A DNA stretch of 64,000 nucleotides. It comes from Octopus sinensis (taxonomy: Eukaryota). Below, piece by piece: positions 24,641 through 38,004 of the stretch (positions within the stretch are counted from its first letter, which is position 1; every line of letters starts with the position of its first letter). The translations under genes were made by a program, and so were the position numbers. The stretch lies in NCBI RefSeq assembly GCF_006345805.1, contig NC_043020.1, positions 18,910,001 through 18,974,000 of the forward strand, read 5' to 3'. Under the pieces are notes generated by a model, which was not told the DNA's origin, searched no databases, and worked only from the letters and a program-made list of their open reading frames with translations.

Positions 24641-27458
24641 ATGATGTAACTCTTCAAAGTTGCAAAACGAAGAATTGTCAGGATAAAACATTAGATTTAA
24701 CGACTGTCAAACATGGTTCATATGAAAATCGGACATTTCATTCTTAATGACTTGATAATTTGAATAAATCAAGAATTCGTGTTCGTAAGCTATTCGGATA
24801 CACCGGTGTCTAAAATTTCATTCAGTTTTGATGGAATTTTTTTTTTTTTTTGCATTCTTTGAGATTCAGTTTCAGTTTGTTGTTGTTGCTCTGCTGCTAC
24901 TACTACTGCTATTACTACTGCTGGTGGTGCTGCTGGTGCTGTTGGTGTTGTAGTTTTATTTTTACTTTGTAGTTATTGTCGTCATTGTTGCTCTTAGAGA
25001 TGTTATTGTTGATGTTGCTACCGCGCTTACCATTGTTCTTCTCGTTGTTGTTATTATTGTTGCAGGTATGTTATTGTTGTTGTTGCTGCTCTTATAATTT
25101 TACTATTGTTATTATTGCGGCTATTATTTCCTGTCATTCAATAATTGCCATGTTTTGTCGCTGTTACACAGGATAGACCAGGTACAACACATATTTTCCA
25201 GACATACTTTTGGTCCGGAACCTCTTATAATCCGCACTAATTTACACTAACGTAAAGGTACCTTTGTTTCATTTAATTATTCAATGAATTTCATATATAC
25301 TTAATTTAGTCTGTGTTGATCAAGATGACCACCCATACTTCGGAAACATCAGTAATCTGGAAGGGCTGTGGAATCAAAGGTTCCGGAAAACAGATGCTCA
25401 ATCTGTATTGTTTTGTTTTTGTTGTTGCTACTGTTGCTGTTGTCGATTTTGTTGCTTCACTGTTGTTGTTGGTGTTATTGTTGTTGTTGTTACTATGGTG
25501 CCGCTTCGGCTTACTTGTAGTGTTGTTCTTGTTATTGTATTGTTGTATTGTTTCTGTTGGTGTCCAATGTTGTATTGTTGCTGTTACCGTGTTACTGTCT
25601 TCACTGTACTGTTATTATTTTTATGGCTGTTATTGCGGATGTTGTTCTTGTACGCAATCTTGTTGCAATCGTTGTTTTTGCTCCCAGATCAGCACTGGTC
25701 AAGCACACCTGACGGTCGCTCCTCAGACACCGTTTATGTAGGATTACATTATTCAATGCTCCCTTCTAAAACAGAAAGGTGTAACTTAAGGAAGATAACC
25801 ATTTCTCACAGGTTGATTGAACACGTAAAGTCTGTCTCAGAGCAATCATCGTTTTCAGTTTTCAATCTTTAGAAATTCTGATTTAGAAGAAAAAATATTA
25901 CTTATGATGGCATTGTAAAAACGAAAATGAAGGAGATACCCAAACAAACAGAGAAAGGATGTTGAAAGCATAGAGTGGCCGACCCGTTTCTCTAAAATAA
26001 CAGCAGTATTGGGGTTGGAAGTATACGATGTTTCTCTTCTCATTCAAACAGACCGCGGAAGCGGCAATGGCATTATAAGCACCAACCCTGTCACCCGATC
26101 ACATCTAAATAGTGCATTTGTTAGGTTAACTAACAGGGATAGTATCTTCCCCTAATTGTAGCTGGTTGGCTAAACAGTTTACAGAGTTTTGATTAGGGTA
26201 ATAAATTTAGGAAGCATTGAAAGAAGTTGGTTGGAGAAAGCTATGTTCTCCAACAGGAAAAATTATAGTGACTGGATTAGCGGTGTAATTCGGTAAGATT
26301 TTGACGGAGGCGATCATTAACCACTTGATGGATTCTCTGAATAGACTAAAATTGATACAGTAAAGAGCAAATTAAAAGGGGCGATTAATAAGGTATTGTG
26401 ACTGATGTACAAGCGGTGAAAATGGCGCTCGCCTATTTCTTTAGCTCTAAATAAAATGCTTACGTTGCCAGAGCCAGGATGTGTTTACTTATACAAGAGG
26501 GCGCTAAAACTGTTTGATGTACCCATGTGATAGAGGTGCGACATGACAACAACTCAACAATTAAGCCGTTGAAGAAGCTTGTTGGATGCATACTATTCGC
26601 TTCTGGGTAGAATCGGAGAAGATTCTGTTGATGGCGAGGGATTGCATGGGAGGCAAATAACATGGTTGTGGATGATTTATCCTACGAGGTTTCTTTTTAT
26701 ATATGCCTCACTTATTCAGCTCCATCTAGTCAGATGTCTATGGCAGTGCAACAGACAACTAAGTAGGAATATTCCCCAACAATGTTGACCAAGAAGAGGT
26801 GGAACTGCTGAGAAAAGGAGTGGGTCATCATCAACATCTTACGATTCTACTAAAACAGAGTTTAAGATTTGACCAAAGTCACCGTGAAGAGATTGGCCAT
26901 TGCTATCGGAGTGTGAGAGGTAACACATACATATTCGCCGTTCCCGAAGCCCTATCCGCAGAATCAATCACATATGTTACATTGCTGAGAAGCCGAATAA
27001 TGAACTTGCATTCTGTAGAACTCTGATCCATCTGGTTGAATCCAAAATTTTCGATGGAGTCGACCATCGCTACCTAACCGCTGCCTTCAGGGCAGCCGGT
27101 TGCTTGTTAGATTGGCATCCTTTCTTTCATCGCCTCTGTAAGTTTTTGCTACTGGATCATCGTTTCGGATGTTGGAAGTATTAGTTGGATCCTGCTCAAA
27201 CTAGGGTGCAGGTAGGCCATGTTGGCATATAGGGACAGCGTCCACCAGTTTCGGTTACCATGGAAGTCGTGAGTTGAGAACCAAAAAGAATCTCCACAGA
27301 TAGCAAAATAATAAAAATGAGAACTTTTCGGGTGAAAATAACACCTAATTGCAAAATTATTACAGGAGAATTTGTAAGAAACTGAATCCCTGGTAATATG
27401 TTTTCTTTAACTCTTCCTCTCTCTCTCACTCTCTCTCTCTCTCTCCATCTCTCTCTCA

Positions 27459-27492
<34 letters not shown>

Positions 27493-27589
27493 CTACCTAT
27501 CTATCTATCTTTCTCTTTCTTTCTTGTAATCATGGTTGGTTTCAAGATCAGTTAGGTAGGGTGTGGCCTGACGATTGTCTGTTTGCCTT

Positions 27590-28100
27590 CAGATTTAGAT
27601 AAAGTAACCATCAACGAAACTAAGGTTTTTATTACAACGATGTTCGTGCTTCGTATTGTTTCGAAATTGTATATCAAAGGTATTTTCCTTGTACCTGGAT
27701 TGTAAGTCAGTGGTCCAGCATTGAGTATCAGTTAAACGTTGTCCAGAAACTGGTGGATGTTTATAATCCTTCTTCAAGTGTCTGGAAATAATCAATGTTA
27801 GTAAGCGACTGAAAAGATATCAGAGATGTCCTCTGGAGTTCGATAGATGTAGGAAAGAGATGGTCATGAAATTAATCGAAACTGTTCCGTTATTTCGTAC
27901 TGACTGTTACCTATCGCCAAATTTTCCCCAATGTTGCATACACTGTAGACTTCAACAAATGGATCTGGACCATACAGACTGCCTTTAGATAAAGCCTAAT
28001 GTTTCCTTTGCAAGAAATGTTATCATAGGGCAATGACGGCGAAGCTTTTTAGCACGGTGGATTGAAATTTCAATTTCTTTAATAAATTGTTATTGGACTA
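27590..28100 (-). pseudogene. Degenerate non-LTR reverse transcriptase fragment
   Basis: Minus frames resemble RT domains 0-2 (GPDP.VEVY; IYR..EDISD..SVAY; RIINIHQFLDN). Many stops. Confidence 0.35.
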
Positions 28101-28194
28101 GCATTTAACATAGCTTCTTCTATAACATAATACTGAGGAGGGGCAGGAGGGTTTTGTAAAGAGCATCACATGGTGCTGATGCTGGTGATGGTCG

Positions 28195-28275
28195 TCGTCA
28201 TCGTCGTCGTGGTCGTCGTGGTCGTCGTGGTCGTCGTGGTCGTCGTGGTCGTCGTGGTCGTCGTGGTCGTCGTGG
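28195..28275. repeat. (GGTCGTCGT)n 9-bp minisatellite
   Basis: Direct reading. Confidence 0.9.
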
Positions 28276-28750
28276 TGACAACGACGACGACGATGATGAC
28301 AACAACGATAATGATGATGATGATGATATCAGTATCCTTGTGATTGTTGTTGTTTAGCACTAGTTTAGACATAGTCAGAGGCGTTCCAACCCTGATCAAC
28401 CCGCCTATTTTATTTTCAGGCATAGATCTTCATCATCAGATGTGGTCCAATATTATTTAAGACGGAAGGGTGTAGTTTGATGATGTTGTGGTTGCTATTT
28501 CTTGCAGCTCCGACCACCACTTAAAAGTCCCCTTATTAATTCAATTCAATGTTGTTATTGTTGTTGTTGCTGCTGCTGCTGCTTTATAATTACAAACATA
28601 CACACGCAAAAATGCACATATAAACTTACACATATACACAAACATACACACACACACACACAACACACACACACACATTCAAAAACACACGCGCATACCC
28701 AGACATAACCATAATCAAGCATACACACACAACCGAAGCACACTGACAAG

Positions 28751-28785
<35 letters not shown>

Positions 28786-28944
28786 GCAGGCGTGCGTACA
28801 CATACGCACACGTACTAACACACACACACACACACACACACACGCATAGTTTCACACTTACACGCATACAATCATGAACATGTATAAACATACGCAAATA
28901 CACTTATATACACCACGCGCAAGCACACATATACAATCATACCA

Positions 28945-29200
28945 ACACACACACACACACACACTCTCTCACACACACAGACACACACTCTCTCTCTCAC
29001 ACACACACTCTCTCTCACACACACAGACACACACTCTCTCTCTCACACACACACACACTCTCTCTCTCACACACACACACCACACACTCTCTCTCACACA
29101 CACACACACTCTCTCTCACACAACACACACACTCTCTCTCTCACACACACACTCTCTCTCTCACACACACACCACACTCTCTCTCTCACACACACACACA

Positions 29201-29231
<31 letters not shown>

Positions 29232-29815
29232 TCTCTCTCTCTCACACACACACACTCTCTCTCTCACACACACACACACACACTCTCTCTCTCACACACA
29301 CCACACACTCTCTCTCTCACACACACACACACTCTCTCTCACACACACACACACTCTCTCTCTCACACACACACACACTCTCTCTCACACACAACACACA
29401 CACACACACTCTCTCTCACACACACACACACACTCTCTCTCACACACACACACACACACACTCTCTCTCACACACACACACACTCTCTCTCACACACACA
29501 GACACACACTCTCTCTCTCACACACACACTCCTCTCTCACACACACACAACACACACTCTCTCTCTCACACACACACACACTCTCTCTCACACACACACA
29601 CACACACTCTCTCTCTCACACACACACACACTCTCTCTCACACACACAACACACACACTCTCTCGCTCACACACACACACACTCTCTCTCACACACACAC
29701 ACACACTCTCTCTCACACACACACACACTCTCTCTCACACACACAGACACACTCTCTCTCACACACACACACACTCACTCTCTCACACACACACACACTC
29801 TCTCTCACACACACA
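28945..29815. repeat. Compound (CA)m(CT)n higher-order microsatellite
   Basis: ~870 bp of alternating short CA and CT runs. Confidence 0.95.
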
Positions 29816-30250
29816 CAGTGGAAGGGACACCCGAAACTCTTATACCGATTCCCTTCTCCCTATCGTGTTGCTCTCACCAAATTAATTACATCAGTTCAGA
29901 TGGATGTTGCTGTCATCTATACTCCAATCACATCACCCACCCCCTCTCTAAGTTGGCTCAAGACCGCCACCGCCACCACTATCGCCACCAACTACCAGCT
30001 GATCGATTACCTCGGTGACGTCATCAGCAATTCATCATTAATTAAGCACCTTGTGTCTCCATATATATGGACAATTGATAGAACGTTAATGGACGAGAAA
30101 GAAGAAATAAACGACGAGTCATAAAATTTTATCACAGCATTTATAATTTGTAAATTGTTATATTTTTATAATGCTTTGATATATCTGCATATGTATATAG
30201 TTTTCTAATCATGTATGTGTGTATGCTTAGGCACATGTATGTATGTGAGT

Positions 30251-30288
<38 letters not shown>

Positions 30289-30549
30289 ATGTGTGTGTGT
30301 GTGTAATAATAGAAAATATGTAAGGACCATTATTTATGCCTTGTTTTATATAACACTCTGTGTAAAGGATCAGTAAAACTGGAAGACAACCATAAATTTA
30401 CATTATAGAAAGGTGAAGAACTATAACCTCAGACCCTGTCGCAATAGTTTTTTACTAATCTAACCAATGTTGTTAACTTGGTGTCCTAACAGAGAGCTTG
30501 TAAAGTATTTAGCCCGGATTGATAATCCCTCACTAATGATTGTTATATA

Positions 30550-31150
30550 TAGGGTGCGATGGATTAATTGTCACCATATTATGCTTTTAATTTCGTGCAT
30601 GCACATTGTTTGTTATAGATTTTGTCGGCTACTCAATATAGTAGGGTCAGCTGGGCACCGTCTATGAGAAAAAAAAAGCACCATGACGCAATTCACTCTG
30701 GCAGAAACTTGGAAATGGCATGCTGTACTGCTTGGAATTCGCGCCAGAAGCTCCAATACGAACATTTCAGAGAGTTTGAGTGTCAATCTGCGGACAGAGC
30801 AATCTGAGGACATGTTCCGAGAGTGATAAAAATCAAACATCCAGTCAACATCATGGTGTTTGGAGTGACCACTAGTGATGGTGACGTTATGACCCTTTTC
30901 GTCTTCCCACGCGGTATCAGACTCAACACGAAGGCCTACATCAAGTGCATGGAGGAGGTAGTGCTGCATTGGGTCAAGAGGGTAGCTGCTGAAAGACCGT
31001 GTGTCTGGCAACAGGACTCGGCACCATGCCACACAAGCAGGAAAACTCAGTCATGGCTGTCAGACAATTTCTGCGACCATATCACCCCTAACATCTGGCA
31101 CCTAACTCCCCAGCCTCCAATCCCCTTGATTACCATGTGTGCGGCGCAGT

Positions 31151-31193
<43 letters not shown>

Positions 31194-31471
31194 CCAACAA
31201 AACCCCTTGTAACGCCAAAGATAAACTGAAGGCAAAGAATATGGCCGCATTCACCAATTTATACAAAGAGACCGTCCAGAAGAGTTGTCGGAGATTCCGA
31301 AGTCGTCTGAACACCGTGGTTGAAGCCAATGGCGATTTTATTGAATAAATTTACTCCTTAGTATTTCAAGATATTTTTATGTAATTGTGGTAAATATATC
31401 TGTTAAAATGAGATGTCAGTGTTATTTTGATTTTTGCGTAATTTAGGCGACAGTTTATTCACCGCAACTTG
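30550..31471 (+). mobile_element. maT (DD37D) transposon, second copy, with (GA)n insertion
   Basis: ORF 30823: KHPVNIMVFGVTTSDGDVM..WQQDSAPCHTSRKTQSWLSDNFCDHITPNIW. Same TIR family as 15491-16363. Confidence 0.85.
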
Positions 31472-31474
31472 TGT

Positions 31475-31561
<87 letters not shown>

Positions 31562-32011
31562 CATACATAGATAGATAGATACATACATACATACATACAT
31601 ACATACATACATACATACATACATACATACATAGAAGAGAGTTTTGTGTGTGCGTGTGTGCGTGTGTGTGCGCGCGCGTGTGTGTGTTCCCTATGCATTC
31701 AAAAGATTCAAGATTCAGCAATCTTTCGGCTACCAAATAAACTTCATTTTCATTTACATATTTTCTACGTTATCTCCACAACCAGCTTTAGTTATTTGAA
31801 TGACAGTGCTCTACAACGACCAGGGTTCATAAAAATGGAAAATCGTTTCACACTTTCCATTTTAACCAAAATTACAAAGTGTTGCATTACAGGAATGACG
31901 ATGAGTAAATATGAAAGTAATGTTTCTCCGAATTAGTCACATCTGTACTATAATAAAGAAGCTGCTTATCGTCTATCTTTATATATTGGGTCATCCCATA
32001 AATAATGCGGG

Positions 32012-32111
32012 NNNNNNNNNNNNNNNNNNNNNNNNNNNNNNNNNNNNNNNNNNNNNNNNNNNNNNNNNNNNNNNNNNNNNNNNNNNNNNNNNNNNNNNNN
32101 NNNNNNNNNNN
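32012..32111. other. Assembly gap (100 N)
   Basis: Direct reading. The left flank TATTGGGTCATCCCATAAATAATGCGG looks like a mariner-type TIR start. Confidence 0.99.
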
Positions 32112-33838
32112 TGAGCCATTCAGGCATTGTCTCTGGCTCTGCTAGTACTTTGTTTAAAGTTTTCAGCCAGCTTTTTGCGCATTCCTGTTAGATATTTCAA
32201 CCAGAAGTTGGGGATCTTGTCATGCCCAGGTGCCTTCCAGTTGCTTAGTCTTTGCAGTGCCTGGGTGACCTCTTCAGTTGTTATGGGGGTCCAAAGTTGT
32301 TCAGATGCCGAGTTTGTTATTCTGATACTCCTTTTTTTGGTGGTTCGTTCGCCGACCATATTTCTCCCCAGAATTCTTCCAATTCTTCTGCCGTTGGTGC
32401 TGCGGTGACTTCTATTTTTATTTTTGCTCAGTTCTTGGTAGAACTTTTTGGGGTCGGAGTTGAACTTTTTGTTTTCTTCAAGAAGCGTTGGCGTTTCTTG
32501 TACCGGCGGATCCTTTGTGCTTGGCAAGGATATCTTGCTTCAGCTTTTCTTTTATTTCAGGCAAATCTTTCTCTGTGATGTTATATTTGCGGAGTATTTT
32601 TGTTCTCTTTTTGTTGCTCAGTACGTTGATTGTTTGCTGATTTCATTAAGAATCGACAGGTCTTTTCTAATTTTTTTATTTTGCTTTGGATGTCATTTAT
32701 CCACAGGTTTGTTTGGGGTGGTGGTACTCCTGTTTGGGCGGGTTTGGGTGAGTATCCAGCTTCTTTTGTGGCTGCAGTGGCTGCTGCGTATATTAGGTTA
32801 TTAGCTCAGTGATATCACTTTTTTTTTATTCAGTGGCTATCAGTTCAGTGACGGCTAGGTTTATGCTGTTTATAATAGGTGTTGTTATTTTGTTTATTTT
32901 GATTCTTGGGAGATATGGTCGGGGTGGGTCCATTTTGAGCTCTGTGGTTTTCAGTTCTTTGATTATTTTATTTTTTATATTATCATAATCATTAGGCTCC
33001 CCTTCGTTGTTTACATCGTGTTTGTTGGAATGTTGCGTTTGTCTTCGTGTTTTACAGTTCAGTGTTTATATTATTGGGCATTGTTGTGTGGCTTCTATCT
33101 ACATTTTCCTGGTGTATGTTTTCTTTTAGGTTTCTATTTCTATTTCTGATATTTTTGTTGTGTGAGAATGTATCTTCGTACGTTAGCTATTATTAGGGTT
33201 CATTGCTGTATCCAAGTCTTATATCTCTATTATTTTCCTTCCATATTTATATGTATGTGTTGTTGTATTTTCATTTTTTGGGTAGAGTACTGCTGTGAAG
33301 TATGCGTGTAAGATAGAAATGTATTCCTCACGTGTCCATTTACGTCTTTGGGTTTTTTTTGCGGGACATGAGGTACAACGTCCGGCCCCATTATTTTGAC
33401 GGTCGTCATTTTCGTAGGGTACCGGTCCGTTTATTTCTGTTGTCACATTATTTCGCACGTGTAGTTTTTGTACATTTTTTGTTGTAAGTTTAATGTACGT
33501 ACCGCTCGATTGTTATTCTTGGGGTTGAATAGTATCGGTGGCATTTAATTTCTTCGTAGTTCCTTTGTACATGGTGTTTGGGGTCGGAGATGATCGTGAT
33601 GTTCACGCATGTTTAATGTGTTGCGTTAGAGGTGGAGATGATATCGAGTCAAATACATAATTCGTTTCGAAAATAGTAATAAATTTCAATTAGTATACTT
33701 ACTCGGATACAGTCCAATTCTTTGTTAGTAAACTTTTGGCTCCATAGGATGTCCTTGTTTTCGATGTTTGTGGATAGATTTCGGAGCTCTGAATTTTCCT
33801 TCTTACATCTTAAACGTCCCCGGTCTCTTAAACGTCCC
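32112..33838 (-). mobile_element. R4/Dong-type RLE LINE, 5' half including 5' end
   Basis: RRKWTREEY..Y at the N-terminus; NKKFNSDPKKFYQEL; ITTEEVTQALQRLSNWKAPGHDKIPNFWLK. 5' end abuts an (AAT)n array; 3' part is lost at the gap. Confidence 0.85.
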
Positions 33839-33839
33839 C

Positions 33840-33893
33840 TATTGTTATTATTATTATCATCATTATTATTATTATTATTATTATTACTATTAC

Positions 33894-33946
<53 letters not shown>

Positions 33947-33960
33947 TGTTGTTGTTGTTA

Positions 33961-34024
<64 letters not shown>

Positions 34025-34035
34025 CATTATCATTG
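33840..34035. repeat. (ATT)n array
   Basis: Direct reading. Confidence 0.95.
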
Positions 34036-34039
34036 CCTT

Positions 34040-34300
34040 TGCACAGCTTCTAACGCTGGATATTACTACAGCGTCAGCTGTTCACAACCAGTGAACTAAG
34101 GTAACACCTCTTATTTTTCGAGCGCCTTCCGGAGTATTCAAGAGGTTCCAAGCAGTACTGTTTTCTGCAAGTGTTCCATCCTTATTGCAGCCTCTATTTG
34201 TTCAACGTACTTCTCGAGATTTTTCTCACTCTTCCTAGGTCTCTGACAATTATTGGTACTACTGCTACCTTTTCTACTTGGCACTGACACCTTTATCTGA
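34040..34300 (-). mobile_element. R4/Dong-type LINE 3' stub (second family)
   Basis: VAVVPIIV...LEKYVEQI...LQKTVLLGTS.ILRKALEK* followed by tail. Confidence 0.7.
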
Positions 34301-34309
34301 CATGCTAAA

Positions 34310-35945
34310 CAGAACTGGATGTTGTTATTGGGTGATCTAAAACTCTACGCTACAAATGATAAACAGCTGGAAGCATTACTACTGACAGTATATGGATTTA
34401 CCAAAGAAATAAACATGAAATGTGGCTTAGAAAAATGTGCCAAAGCAGCCTTGAAAAGAAGTAAACTAATTAAGAGTAGCAACATCATACTAGATAAAGC
34501 CAATGAAATAAGAGAATTAGACCAAACCTAGACATACAAATACTTAAGAATCAATGAACTAGATACAACACACACAAATGAAAGAGAAGATAAGAAAGGA
34601 ATACTATAAACAAGTTAAATTAATACTGAAAACAGAGCTCAATGCGAAAAACAAGGCAATAGGTTTCAACACTCTAGCTATCACAGTTATAAGCTACAGA
34701 TACACTATTCTTAACTGGGCTCTATATAAACTAATCAAAATAGACAGGTAAACAAGAAAAATAATGACAGGATTTAGGATGTACCACCCAAAATCTGACA
34801 GGTTATATATACAACGTATGGAAGATGGTAGAGGCCTAATACAGCTAGAAAACTATTACAAAATAACCACCATAGGACCACAGAAATGCCTACTTCAGAA
34901 GCAAGGAAAACTAATATAAATAGCCACAAAGCACGAACAAAACAAAAAATTGTTTTCAGTCTTTATGGAAGCTGAAAAATGCAAAAAAGTAGTCATAGTA
35001 CCTAACAACTATGAAGAAAAAGAAGAAACAACAAAAGCTATAAAACAACTGAAATCCAAACTAAAACGGGAACAGCAACGGATCATGGTAAAACGATGGC
35101 AAGAAGAGTCCCTTCGTGGCAAATACTGGGTTAAGCTAAACGCAAAAGAAATAGACAAAATAAAATCCCAACAATGGCTGAGAAGCTCAAGACTCGAAGC
35201 AGAGACTGAAGGATTTTTAATTGCAGCTCAATACCAAAGCCTCCCCACCAGAAATTATCAAAAACATATAATGAAAAGAAACTTAACAAGTAACTGCAGA
35301 ATATATGGAGATGGACAAGAAACAAACCATATTGTCTTAGGCTGCCTAGTCCTGGTTAAGAAGGAATATATTCACAGACACGAGAGAGTTGGGACCTACA
35401 TACACAGGAAGCTATGCCAACACTATGGAATAACAACAGAAAAAAAGATGGTATGGGCATACGCCAGAAAATGAGAAAGCAACCATACTATGGGATATGC
35501 CAGATAGAGAAATTAAAGCCAATAGGCCGGATACAGTTGTCAGAGATCATCAAGAGAAAAAATGCTTTCTAATTGATGTATTAATACCAACAGATGACAA
35601 TGCTTCTCTAAAAGAAATGGAGAAACTTTCAAAATATAAAGACCCGGAAATAGAGGTAACTCGACTGAAGAGTCAAAAAACAGAAACAGTTCCTATCATA
35701 GTAGGCGCATTAGGTATGCTAAAAAAAAATATTCAGACAAATACATAACAAAAAACACCAGGACTAAAATATATATAACATACAGAAAACAGCACTGCTA
35801 GGCACCACACACATCCTATGTAAAACACTTTCAATACAGTAAAAATTGGAGCATCGCAACAAACCACAGCACATAACCAAGGTACACAGATCTGCGCTCG
35901 GTAGTGAAGTGAAAGCACGTGATTAAAATAAGATTACTGAATGAT
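34310..35945 (+). mobile_element. R4/Dong-type LINE 3' portion (RT end, CCHC, RLE)
   Basis: DLKLYA; GLEKCAK; YHPKSD.RLY; AETEGFLIAAQ; CRI.G...ETNHIVLGC; RHERVG; NRPDTVVRDHQEKKCFLIDV.IP; KYKD. (AAT)n tail. Confidence 0.9.
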
Positions 35946-36273
35946 GATGATAATAATAATAATAATAATAACAATAGCAACAACAACAACAATAGAAATA
36001 TTGTTAATAATATTGATGCTCATATGATATAGTATCCAATTAATACTTAAATTAAATAAATGAAAAAATAATTAAAAGTAATAAAGGTAACGAATATATC
36101 AAATAAATATTTAATTAATAAACTATTGGCAATTATTAGTAAATGTTAACCAACAGAAATAATAGCAATATTGATAACTAATAGATATAAAATATTAATA
36201 GATAATAAGAAAAAAATAATCGTCATCATCATCATTGTTATTATTGTTATTGTTGTTGTTGTTGATGATGATG

Positions 36274-36742
36274 TTGAGTGAGAGAGAAATGTATACCATC
36301 AAAATGACACTGGAGTACAAATATACGAAGCCCAATATACCCATCATGACTACCCGTCTGATAAGCGCAAATCAGTCATCACAACCATATGTGCGTAACA
36401 TGGTGATCTAATGTCAAGATAAACAGCGCATGACCTTGCGGGTGGAGCCTAGTTAGAATTTACTTCAGGTCGACTTTGCCATCCCACTCAAAAGGTTCCT
36501 GAATAAGGTTTGTTTATTGAAACCCGAAAGAATGCTATGATGCTCCCCGACTACTTCTGCTCGTGATCAGAGATGCACATATTGTCAGCCACTAAGGGAC
36601 ATGCTTAATTAGTTATGGTCAAACAACTGACATGCAAATCTGTGGTATTGAGCAGAATATTTGCTGTCGCCCATCTTTTATACAAAGACAAACCATGTTG
36701 ATGATAACACTTTCAGTCAGTGAAGATCAGAAGTCATGAGAG
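36274..36742 (-). mobile_element. ~600-bp (AAT)n-associated element, copy 2 (diverged)
   Basis: Colinear with 4030-4560. Confidence 0.85.
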
Positions 36743-36759
36743 TCTGGTAACAGCTATAA

Positions 36760-37575
36760 TGGGCACACTATTCTGATTTCCTTTATATTCCTCTTGATAC
36801 CTTCTGATACTGTTCCTTAGGACCCAACAATAATTGGCACTATCTTCACCTTCTTCATTTTCCATAGCAAGGTTATTTCGTACTTAAGTGAGTTGTATGT
36901 GTCTATTTTTTCGCCTTCCTTCTTAAGTATTCGTGGGTCAAAGGAGCGTGCTACATCAACCATATAGCACGTGATGCACTTTGAACACCACCACTAAGTT
37001 CAGTTTGTTATGCTCTAGCACCTGATCTGTTTGGATTGGGAAATCCCACAGGATTTTGCAGGTCTTCGACTCCGCCACAATATGCGGTTTGTGCTCACAC
37101 TACGTGTTGCCTCTCTCTAGACACCACTTTTCAGGCAGCTTCTATTGTAGCACTTTCGTAACTCATCGTGTTTTGGGCAAGTTTGGGGCATTCATTCGTG
37201 ATATGGGCAATGATTCTGTCTACTCTGTTACAGATGCAGCACAGCAGAGACACTTGCTCATTCCTAACGTTGACCCTCCAATTTGTGATCAAAGCTTGGT
37301 CTTGCAATACCAGTATAGTGCTCTCAGTCTCTTTCTTCAGCCAATCCCACCTATGTTTTCCAGCAACTTCTGTGATGGCTACATTGCATTCATTGTAAAG
37401 TCCCTTGTTGTATAATGCTTCTCCATGTCCTTTGTGCACTTCTTCCTTTCTTTTACCTTTTTTCCCTTCTGGCATTCAGCTTTGAAATCAAGATTTTTCT
37501 CACTCGTCGCAGCCACTCTTTCATTGTCTCTTCTTTCATTTCGTTGTTTTAATTCCATCTGCCTCACGTATTCCC
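36760..37575 (-). mobile_element. R4/Dong-type LINE 3' fragment
   Basis: WDWLKKETESTIL..QDQAL.TN..CCIC....IAHITNECPKLAQ, followed by a degenerate RLE region. Confidence 0.75.
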
Positions 37576-37576
37576 A

Positions 37577-37600
37577 TTGTTGTTGTTGTTGTTGTTGTTA

Positions 37601-37647
<47 letters not shown>

Positions 37648-37672
37648 GTTGTTGTTGTTATTATTATTATTA

Positions 37673-37703
<31 letters not shown>

Positions 37704-37708
37704 CATTG

Positions 37709-37740
<32 letters not shown>

Positions 37741-37741
37741 G

Positions 37742-37790
<49 letters not shown>

Positions 37791-37816
37791 GTTGTTGTTA
37801 TTATTATTATTATATT

Positions 37817-37847
<31 letters not shown>

Positions 37848-37858
37848 TATTATTATTG

Positions 37859-37904
<46 letters not shown>

Positions 37905-37945
37905 GTTGTTGTTATTATTATATTATTATTATATTATTATTATTG

Positions 37946-37979
<34 letters not shown>

Positions 37980-38003
37980 CATTATTATTATTATTATCAT
38001 TAT
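37577..38003. repeat. Long (ATT/GTT)n array
   Basis: Direct reading. Confidence 0.95.
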
Positions 38004-38004
38004 T

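Noticed and set aside
25900-27330. R2-like retrotransposon C-terminus (SVDGEGL motif)
   Set aside because: Only one short motif; CCHC and RLE motifs could not be reconstructed. Left unannotated.
28400-28445. Minus-strand CTGATGA possible hammerhead
   Set aside because: No paired stem II and no GAAAC/GUH arrangement.
28874-30124. 416-aa ORF (His/Thr/Leu/Ser-rich)
   Set aside because: Translation of the CA/CT array, which lacks stop codons by composition.
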